Assembly (NCBI GenBank): GCA_965247925.1
Contig: CBDFIB010000004.1
Coordinates: 1,701,697 to 1,765,696, forward strand
Reading direction: 5' to 3'
DNA: 64,000 bases
DNA from: Dehalococcoidia bacterium
GTDB lineage: Bacteria; Chloroflexota; Dehalococcoidia; UBA2979
The notes under the pieces were generated by a model, which saw nothing but the letters and a program-made list of their open reading frames with translations, was not told where the DNA came from and ran no database searches. Of the stretch, positions 27,003 through 34,142 are shown piece by piece. The position numbers were made by a program, and so were the translations under genes. Numbering within the stretch: the stretch's first letter is position 1; every line of letters starts with the position of its first letter.

Positions 27003-28904
27003 ATGCTCGACGCCTACGCTGCGCTGCGCGAACCGGCCGACGCCGCTTACGCCGAATGGCAGCGGCCCATACGGCCGCGTATCGACCTCGCCTGGGATAC
27101 CTCGGCGCTGGCCGCGGGCGCGGGCCGCACGCGCGCGGCGCTCGAGGCCGAGGCGGAGGCGCGCGGCGCGGCGGTCGACCTCGGCCGCGTGCACGGCTAC
27201 GGGCTGCAGTGGCTGCAGCCGCTGGCGCAAATCACCTGGCCGGACGGCGCCTCGGTGCTCTACGGCCCGGTCACGCCGGACAAGGTCGGCCTGCTGCTCG
27301 ACGAAGCGACGGGACGCGCGGGCGCGGCGGCGGAGCTTGCGCTCGGCGTGATCGCGGGCGAGCGCCCGGGGCTGCCGCCGATCGGGCAGCACCCGTTCCT
27401 CGCCTGCGAGGGCGAGCGGCGGCTGCTCGGGCGGATCGGGCGCAGCGATCCGGAGTCGCTCGACCACTACCTCGCGACGGGCGGCTACCGCGCGCTGGCT
27501 CGCATGCTGGACCGCCACCACGGCGCGGAGGCGGTGCGCCAGCTGCAGCAGGACGCCGGACTGATCGGGCGCGGCGGCGCCTTCTTCCCCGCCGGCGTGA
27601 AGTGGAACTTCCTCGCCGGCGCGCCCGACGCCGAGCGCTACCTGGTCTGCAACGCCGACGAGGGCGACCCGGGCGCCTGGGTGAACCGCGTGCTGATGGA
27701 GGGCGACCCGCACCTGATCATCGAGGGCATGCTGATCGCCGCCTACGCGACCGCCGCGATCCACGGCTTCATCTACATCCGCGGCGAGTACCCGCTCGCC
27801 GTCGAGCGCGTGCGCGACGCGATCGCGCAGGCCGAGCAGGCCGGGCTGCTCGGCGAGCACGTTCTCGGCGGCGACTTCTCCTGCACGCTCGAGGTGATCG
27901 TCGGCGCGGGCGCCTACGTCTGTGGCGAGGAGACGGGGCTGATCGCCTCGATCCAGGACGACCGCGGGATGCCGCGCGTCAAGCCGCCGTTCCCGGCGCA
28001 GGCGGGCGTCTTCTACAAGCCGACCAACGTCAACAACGTCGAGACCTACGCGCACGCCGCGCTGATCCTGGCGCACGGCGCCGACTGGTATCGCGAGCAG
28101 GGCACCGAACGTAACAGCGGCACGAAGATCTTCTCGTTCTCGGGTGACATCGCGCGCACCGGCTTCATGGAGCTGCCCTGGGGCACCCCGCTGCGCGAGG
28201 TGCTGACGGCGCTCGGCGGCGCGACGCGCAGCAGCGGCGCGCCGGGACCGCTCAAGGCGATCCAGCCGGGCGGGCCGCTCGCCGGCTACCTGCCCGCCGC
28301 GATCGCCGACGGGCTGAACCTCGAGAAGGAGGACTTCGCCGCGCGGGGCACGCTGATCGGCGCCGGCGGCATCGTCTTCGTCGGCGAGGACGCGAACTCG
28401 ATCGACCTGAACGTGATGTTCTCCGAGTTCCTCGAAGAGGAGTCGTGCGGGCGCTGCACCAGCTGCCACCACGGCAACCAGCGCATGACCGAGGTCTTCA
28501 AGCGCGTGCTCTCGGGCGGCGGCCGGGCCGAGGACCGCTACAACCTCGAGCAGCTCGGCCAGGCGTTGCAGTACTCGAACTGCGTGCACGGCTCGGCCAG
28601 CCCGACGATCATGCGCAACACGCTGCGCTACTTCAGCGAGGAGTTCGACGCGCACATCGAGGCGGCCGATCCGGGGCTCGGGGGACGCGGCTTCCTGCGC
28701 TTCAGGGTGGCCGACCAGAGCGACCCGCGGCTGGAGTCGGCACGCCTGATCTGCCCGGTCGAGGCGATCCGCGGATCGCCACGCGGCGGCTACTCGCTCG
28801 ACGACGATCTCTGCATCCGCTGCGGCGCCTGCCACGACCTCGCGCCGCGCGGCATCGCCCGCGACGACCTCGTCGCGCTCGCGGCGGCGCGGGCGGTGAC
28901 GTAG
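27003..28904 (+). CDS. NuoF/HydB-like NADH/FMN-binding Fe-S subunit (long form)
   Basis: Motifs GRGGAFFP, CNADEGDPG, YIRGEYP, GAGAYVCGEETGL, KPPFP, NNVET and ESCGRCTSC are present, with a C-terminal CIRCGAC ferredoxin segment. Confidence 0.9.
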   Translation: MLDAYAALREPADAAYAEWQRPIRPRIDLAWDTSALAAGAGRTRAALEAEAEARGAAVDLGRVHGYGLQWLQPLAQITWPDGASVLYGPVTPDKVGLLLDEATGRAGAAAELALGVIAGERPGLPPIGQHPFLACEGERRLLGRIGRSDPESLDHYLATGGYRALARMLDRHHGAEAVRQLQQDAGLIGRGGAFFPAGVKWNFLAGAPDAERYLVCNADEGDPGAWVNRVLMEGDPHLIIEGMLIAAYATAAIHGFIYIRGEYPLAVERVRDAIAQAEQAGLLGEHVLGGDFSCTLEVIVGAGAYVCGEETGLIASIQDDRGMPRVKPPFPAQAGVFYKPTNVNNVETYAHAALILAHGADWYREQGTERNSGTKIFSFSGDIARTGFMELPWGTPLREVLTALGGATRSSGAPGPLKAIQPGGPLAGYLPAAIADGLNLEKEDFAARGTLIGAGGIVFVGEDANSIDLNVMFSEFLEEESCGRCTSCHHGNQRMTEVFKRVLSGGGRAEDRYNLEQLGQALQYSNCVHGSASPTIMRNTLRYFSEEFDAHIEAADPGLGGRGFLRFRVADQSDPRLESARLICPVEAIRGSPRGGYSLDDDLCIRCGACHDLAPRGIARDDLVALAAARAVT

Positions 28905-28922
28905 GGGCGGCGCAAGAGCCGC

Positions 28923-29792
28923 ATGCCCCTGAAGCTCTCGACATGCCTGCTCGCGGCCATCGTCGTGCTCGCGACGGCAATCGAGGCGCCGAGGGCGCGT
29001 GCACAGGCACCGCCCAACGTGATGACGCTCAACCTCGGCGACGCGCGGGCGGTCTGGGTCCAGGACGCCGCCGGTGGATTCCACCCGTACATCTTCGGGG
29101 CGCCCGCGTTCGTCAACGCATCGTTCGTCAGCCGTTGGGTCAGCGACGGAACGCAGCCCGCGACAGGGGTGGCTCTCAACCTCGGCGGCGCGCGGTCGGT
29201 GTGGGTTCAGGACACGGCCCGTGAATTCCACTCCTACATCATTGGCGCGCCTGCATTCGTCAACGCGTCGTTCGCCGAGCACTGGATCATTGACGGGCCG
29301 TTCTTCGTGCAACCACCGACGACCCCGGTCGACCTGAGGCTCGCGAAAGTCGACATCCCGTTCGACTTTGACGACATCTGGGTCACGTGGGATGCGGTGC
29401 CGGGCGCGACCTGGTACGAGGTCTATCACTCAACGGGCGGGGAGTTCGACTTCGAGCACAGCGTCACGGACACTGGCTACCTCGACCAATACCCCAATAT
29501 CGTGCCCGGGCTCCTCGACTCCTACAAAGTTCGAGCATGCAATGCTGCTGGCTGCTCGGACCTTAGCTCGAGTGCCACGGAGACCGCGGGCAGCCTCATT
29601 TCGGCCCTCTCGATCGTCGGCGAAACCTTGGCGGACCTCGTCGGGTTCGACCTCAACGAAGCCTGCGGCCAGTTGCTTCGCGGTGCCGTCGACCTCTTCA
29701 TCACAAGTTTCCTGCCGCCCTTGGCGCCACTCCCTGGATTGATCGGTGAACTGATTGGGCCAACGGTCGCGGAAGAGCTAGCAGGCTGCTGA
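28923..29792 (+). CDS. Secreted protein with two tandem ~45-aa repeats and a fibronectin type III domain
   Basis: It has a signal peptide ending ARA-Q, two copies of LNLG.AR.VWVQD....FH.YI.GAPAFVNASF...W, and the FN3 pattern VTWDAVPGATWYEVY...Y.D......YKVRACNAAGCSDLS. The stop codon lies inside the MITE terminal repeat. Confidence 0.75.
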   Translation: MPLKLSTCLLAAIVVLATAIEAPRARAQAPPNVMTLNLGDARAVWVQDAAGGFHPYIFGAPAFVNASFVSRWVSDGTQPATGVALNLGGARSVWVQDTAREFHSYIIGAPAFVNASFAEHWIIDGPFFVQPPTTPVDLRLAKVDIPFDFDDIWVTWDAVPGATWYEVYHSTGGEFDFEHSVTDTGYLDQYPNIVPGLLDSYKVRACNAAGCSDLSSSATETAGSLISALSIVGETLADLVGFDLNEACGQLLRGAVDLFITSFLPPLAPLPGLIGELIGPTVAEELAGC

Positions 29793-30032
29793 AAAAGTCC
29801 GCGGCGGCGCTTTTGGGCTGAAATCGCGCTGGCCGCGACATCAAGAAACCCAATGTTTCTGGGCTCTACGCCAGCCCACCGAATGGCCAGTGAGACCCTA
29901 CGGCTCAGGATCAGGACTTTTTCAGATGGGATGAGGGCTGGTCTCCTCCTCAAGGGGATACTCGTCCCCGGTAAGCGGCCTCGAATCGGGCCCAGAACGG
30001 CTTCTCAGAGCCAGAGAGGTAGAAGACCAGCC

Positions 30033-31127
30033 ATGCAGCAGCATATCGCAACGGCAGAGCGCGTTGAACGGGAGGAAGCCAGCGGAGTCACCTGGGGCCT
30101 CGATGTGAGCGACCGTCACACCCAGATCTGCGTGCTCGGCCCCGCCGGGGACGTGCAGCGCGAGCAGCGCGTCCGCACGACGGCCCTCGCGCTGAGGCGA
30201 GCGCTCGGGGAGCTGCCGGCGGCACGGGCGGTGCTGGAGGCGGGACGGCACTCGCCGTGGCTGAGCCGGCTGCTGACCGAACTCGGTCACGAGGTGATTG
30301 TCGCCAACCCCCGCCAGGTAGCGCTGATCGCACGCAGCCACCGCAAGGACGACCGCAGCGACGCCGAGCAACTGGCACGGCTGGGTCGCCTCGACCCCAA
30401 GCTGCTCGCCCCGATCCGTCACCGCAGCGCGCAGGCCCAGCAGGATCTCGCGGTCGTGCGCGGCCGCGACGCGCTCGTGCGCTCGCGGACGCAGCTCATC
30501 AACCACGTGCGCGGCGCCGTCAAGGCGTGGGGCGCCGCGCTGCCGAAGGTGACCGCGCCAGCCTTCCATCGCAAGGCAGCGGAGCACATCCCGGCTGAAC
30601 TGCGCACCGCACTGCTGCCGCTGCTCGAGGTGATTGGCGAGCTCAGCGCCCGCATCGCCGCCGCCGGCCGGGAGGTCGAGGCGCTGTGCGCGGCCTACCC
30701 CGAGACCGCCGCGCTCCGCCAGGTCGCAGGCGTCGGTCCCATCACCGCCCTCACCTTCGTGCTGACGATCGAGGATCCCGCGCGCTTTCCCCGCAGCCGC
30801 GAGGTCGCACCCTACCTCGGCCTCGTGCCCAGGCGTCGCGACTCCGGCGGCCGCCACACGCAACTGGGGATCACCAAACGTGGCGACTCCCACCTGAGGC
30901 GGCTGCTCGTGCAGGCCGCGCAGTACGTCCTCGGACCGTTCGGACCAGACTGCGACTTGCGCCGCTGGGGCGAGCGCTACATGGCCTCGGGAGCGGGGAA
31001 CGCGAAGAAGCGCGCGGTCGTCGCCGTGGCGCGACGCCTCGCAGTGTTGCTGCACGCGCTCTGGCGCAGCGGCGAGGTCTATGAGCCGCTGCGCCAGGCC
31101 GCCACGGCGGAGGGGGAGGCTGCGTAG
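30033..31127 (+). CDS. IS110-family DEDD transposase/recombinase
   Basis: The RuvC-like DEDD motifs are GLDVS, VLEAG and KDDRSDA. The C-terminal domain has VAGVGPITA, YLGLVPRRRDSGG (catalytic Ser), GITKRGD..LR.LL and AVVAVARRL. Confidence 0.95.
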   Translation: MQQHIATAERVEREEASGVTWGLDVSDRHTQICVLGPAGDVQREQRVRTTALALRRALGELPAARAVLEAGRHSPWLSRLLTELGHEVIVANPRQVALIARSHRKDDRSDAEQLARLGRLDPKLLAPIRHRSAQAQQDLAVVRGRDALVRSRTQLINHVRGAVKAWGAALPKVTAPAFHRKAAEHIPAELRTALLPLLEVIGELSARIAAAGREVEALCAAYPETAALRQVAGVGPITALTFVLTIEDPARFPRSREVAPYLGLVPRRRDSGGRHTQLGITKRGDSHLRRLLVQAAQYVLGPFGPDCDLRRWGERYMASGAGNAKKRAVVAVARRLAVLLHALWRSGEVYEPLRQAATAEGEAA

Positions 31128-31173
31128 CGGGCGACGGGAAGACGGCGAACCACCACCAGACGACCACCAACGG

Positions 31174-31354
31174 CTGCACCGTGATGCTGAAGACCGGGCG
31201 ACTGCGACAGGCTGCTGGTCCACCCAAGGACGCTTTTCAGCTGGCAGCGCCCCCTGCAAGCAGGTTCCCCATCATGCACCGGGTCCAGAAGCGCGACCCC
31301 TCGGCGAGTGCGGATAGAAGCGGGGCACAGGTCACCATCCGGCATGGCGTGCAG
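31174..31354 (+). ncRNA. Predicted bridge/seek RNA of the IS1111-type element
   Basis: A closing stem (CTGCAC/GTGCAG, ATGCTG/CGGCAT, GACC/GGTC) encloses two internal loops. The target loop carries CAGGCTGCT (31208-16) and TTTTCAG (31234-40). The donor loop carries CCCATC (31268-73) and ATAGAAG (31314-20). Boundaries are approximate. Confidence 0.8.
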
Positions 31355-31513
31355 ACGGAGCGGCCACCACGTTGGCCGACTTGCAGATCGGACCAGCCCT
31401 CATAGAAGCAGCCTGCTAGGCTGCCAGTAGACTCCCTCGCCTGTGGACGGCCTGTTGAACGGGGGCGCGGGGGGCTACACTGGGGCACATCCCCGGAGAG
31501 GCGCGCTGACGCC

Positions 31514-34138
31514 CTGACCACCCCCGTCCGACGGCAGTACCTGGCGCTCAAGGCGCAGCATCGCGATGCGTTGCTGCTGTTCCGCATGGGCGACTTCTAC
31601 GAGGCGTTCGACGACGATGCGGCGCGGCTGGCGGAGACGCTCGGCATCGCGCTCACCTCGCGGCCGCTCGGCAAGGGCGAGGCGCGCGTGCCGATGGCCG
31701 GGATCCCGCACCACGCGCTCGAACGCTACCTCGATCAGCTCGTGACGGCGGGGCTGCGCGTCGCGCTCGCCGAGCAGGTCGAGCGCGCCGGCCGCGGGCT
31801 CGTCGAGCGGCGCGTGCTGCGCGTCGTCACGCCCGGCACCGTCGAGGGCGGCGCGCTGCTGCCGGAGGGCAGCCACAACTGGCTGGTGGCGCTCGCGCCG
31901 GAGGCGGCGGCGCGGCGGCGCGGCGGGGACGTCGAGCGGCGCTGGGGCCTCGCCGCCTGCGACGCGACCACCGGCGAGCTGGAATGCCAGCTCGTCGCCG
32001 AGGGCGCGCTGGGCGGGGAGCTGGCGCGGCTGGCGGCGCGCGAGCTGCTGCTGCCCGAGGGCGCGGCCGGGGCGCTGCCCGAGGACCTCGCGCCCGAGGC
32101 GCGGCGCACGGCGCGACCGGCGCGGGCGTTCGCGCCCGCCACGGCGGCGCGCGCGCTCTGCGAGCGCTACGGCGTCGCCAGCCTCGACGGCTTCGGGCTG
32201 GCGGGTCTGGATGCCGCCGTGGGGGCGGCGGGGGCGCTGCTCGGCTACCTCGAGGAGTCGTGGCCGCAGGCGCTGCGCCAACTGCGCACGCCGCGCACGC
32301 CGCGGCCCGGCGAGTTCGTCGCGCTCGATGCGCAGACGCGGCGCACGCTGGAGCTGTTCGAGAGCACGGGCGGGCCCGAGAGCACGCTGCTGGGGACGCT
32401 CGATCGCACGCTGACGGGGCCCGGCGCGCGGCTGCTGCGCGAGCGGCTGGGGCGTCCGCTGCGCGACGCGGCGGCGGCCGAGGCGCGGCTCGACGAGCTC
32501 GCGGCCTGGCTCGAGGCGCCGCTGGCGCGCTCGGCGCTGCGGCGCGCGCTGCGCGGGCTGCCGGATCTGGAGCGGCTGCTGGGGCGCGTGCGCGCGGGCA
32601 GCGCGGGGCCTCGCCAGTTGCTGCAGCTGCGGCGCGGTCTGGAGCGGCTGCCGGAGCTGGCCGCGCAGGCCCGCGCGGCCGGCGGCGCGGCGGCGCCGAT
32701 CGCCGCCGATCTCGGCGGCACGGGCGAGGCCGCCGAGGCGCTGGCGGCGGCGCTGGCCGACGATCCGCCGGAGGCCGGCGAGGGCGAGTCGCTGCGGCCG
32801 GGCGCGGACGCGGAGCTCGACGCGCTGCGCGCGGTCGCCGCCGATGCGCGCGGGGCGCTCGCGGCGCTGGAGACGGCGGAGCGCGAGCGCAGCGGGCTGC
32901 GCAGCCTCAAGGTCGGCTACCACCGCGTCTTCGGCTACTACCTCGAGCTGCCGCGCTCGCAGGCCTCGCAGGCGCCGCCGGAGTACGAGCCGCGCCAGAC
33001 GCTGGCGAACGCGCAGCGCTTCCGCTACCGCCCGCTGAGCGAGCTCGAGGACCGCATCCTCGGCGCGAAGGAGCGGCTGGTCGAGGCCGAGCAGGCGGCG
33101 CTGGCGCGGCTCTGCGAGCAGGTCGCGGCGGCCGGGCCCGCGATCGAGCGGGCGGCGGCGGGCGTCGCGCGGCTCGATGTGGCTGCGGCGCTGGCGGAGG
33201 TCGCCGCCGACGGCGGCTACGCGCGGCCGCTGTTGCGCCCGGCGGGGCCGATCGTGATCGAGGACGGGCGTCACCCGGTGGTCGAGCGGCGGCTCGATCC
33301 GGGCGCGTTCGTGCCCAACGACCTGAGCCTCGGCGACGGGACCGAGATCGTGCTGCTGACCGGGCCGAACATGGGCGGCAAGTCCACCTACCTGCGGCAG
33401 GCGGCGCTGATGGTGCTGCTCGCGCAGTGCGGCAGCTACGTGCCGGCCGCGCGCGCCGAGGTCGGGATGGTCGACGCGATCTTCACGCGCGTCGGGGCGC
33501 ACGACGATCTCGCGGGGGGGCGCTCGACATTCATGCTGGAGATGGTGGAGACGGCGCAGATCCTGCACCGCGCGACGGAGCGATCGCTGGTGCTGCTCGA
33601 CGAGATCGGGCGGGGCACCTCGACGCGCGACGGGCTGGCGATCGCGCGCGCGGTGGTGGAGGCGCTGCACCACCGCCCGGGCGGCGCGCCGCGCACGCTG
33701 TTCGCGACGCACTACCGCGAGCTGACGGCGCTGGCGGGCGTGCTGCCGCGCGTGACGAACCGCGCCGTGGCGGTCGCCGAGCAGGGCGGCGAGCTGGTCT
33801 TCCTGCATCGCATCGAGGACGGCGCGTCGGACCGCGCTTACGGGGTGCACGTCGCCGCGCTGGCGGGGCTGCCGCGCGCCGTGGTCTCGCGGGCGCGCGA
33901 GCTGCTCGCACAGCTCGAGGCGGAGCCGCAGGGCGCGGGCTGGGCCGAGCGTCCGGCTGCCGCGGCGGCGGACGCGCTGCCGGGCGACGGGCAGCTATCG
34001 CTGCTGGCCGCGCCGCCGGACGCGCTGACCGAGGAGCTGGCGCGGCTCGATCCGGACGAGCTGAGCCCGCTGGAGGCGCTGCAGCGCCTCTACGAGCTGC
34101 GCGCCGCGGCGCGGGCGCGCCTCGGCGTGGAGGGCTGA
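31514..34138 (+). CDS. mutS: DNA mismatch repair protein MutS
   Basis: Motifs are TPVRRQYL.LK, FRMGDFYE, MAGIPHHA, GRHPVVE, TGPNMGGKSTYLRQ, STFMLEM, DEIGRGTS and FATHY. The conserved N-terminus extends upstream of the tracked TTG to an in-frame CTG at 31514. Confidence 0.96.
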   Translation: MTTPVRRQYLALKAQHRDALLLFRMGDFYEAFDDDAARLAETLGIALTSRPLGKGEARVPMAGIPHHALERYLDQLVTAGLRVALAEQVERAGRGLVERRVLRVVTPGTVEGGALLPEGSHNWLVALAPEAAARRRGGDVERRWGLAACDATTGELECQLVAEGALGGELARLAARELLLPEGAAGALPEDLAPEARRTARPARAFAPATAARALCERYGVASLDGFGLAGLDAAVGAAGALLGYLEESWPQALRQLRTPRTPRPGEFVALDAQTRRTLELFESTGGPESTLLGTLDRTLTGPGARLLRERLGRPLRDAAAAEARLDELAAWLEAPLARSALRRALRGLPDLERLLGRVRAGSAGPRQLLQLRRGLERLPELAAQARAAGGAAAPIAADLGGTGEAAEALAAALADDPPEAGEGESLRPGADAELDALRAVAADARGALAALETAERERSGLRSLKVGYHRVFGYYLELPRSQASQAPPEYEPRQTLANAQRFRYRPLSELEDRILGAKERLVEAEQAALARLCEQVAAAGPAIERAAAGVARLDVAAALAEVAADGGYARPLLRPAGPIVIEDGRHPVVERRLDPGAFVPNDLSLGDGTEIVLLTGPNMGGKSTYLRQAALMVLLAQCGSYVPAARAEVGMVDAIFTRVGAHDDLAGGRSTFMLEMVETAQILHRATERSLVLLDEIGRGTSTRDGLAIARAVVEALHHRPGGAPRTLFATHYRELTALAGVLPRVTNRAVAVAEQGGELVFLHRIEDGASDRAYGVHVAALAGLPRAVVSRARELLAQLEAEPQGAGWAERPAAAAADALPGDGQLSLLAAPPDALTEELARLDPDELSPLEALQRLYELRAAARARLGVEG

Positions 34139-34142
34139 GCCG

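Larger units (their letters stand above)
29924..31408 (+). mobile_element. IS110-family insertion sequence, IS1111 type
   Basis: It has perfect 13-bp sub-terminal IRs, ATGAGGGCTGGTC (29931-43) and GACCAGCCCTCAT (31391-403), set 7 nt and 3 nt in from the ends. The AG (=CT) core dinucleotide is at both junctions (29924-25, 31407-08), and a long non-coding region follows the transposase. Confidence 0.92.
29782..31415. mobile_element. MITE (151 bp when the nested IS is removed) with 19-bp terminal inverted repeats and CTAG target duplication
   Basis: The left TIR is CAGGCTGCTGAAAAAGTCC (29782-29800). The right TIR is split into GGACTTTTTCAG (29914-29925) and CAGCCTG (31409-31415). CTAG flanks both sides (29778-81, 31416-19). 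Removing the element restores the FN3 gene end (..GAG CTA GGC TGC CAG TAG). Confidence 0.85.

Noticed and set aside
26471-28904. Hydrogenase or complete complex I operon
   Set aside because: There is no H-cluster or NiFe subunit and no other nuo genes nearby.
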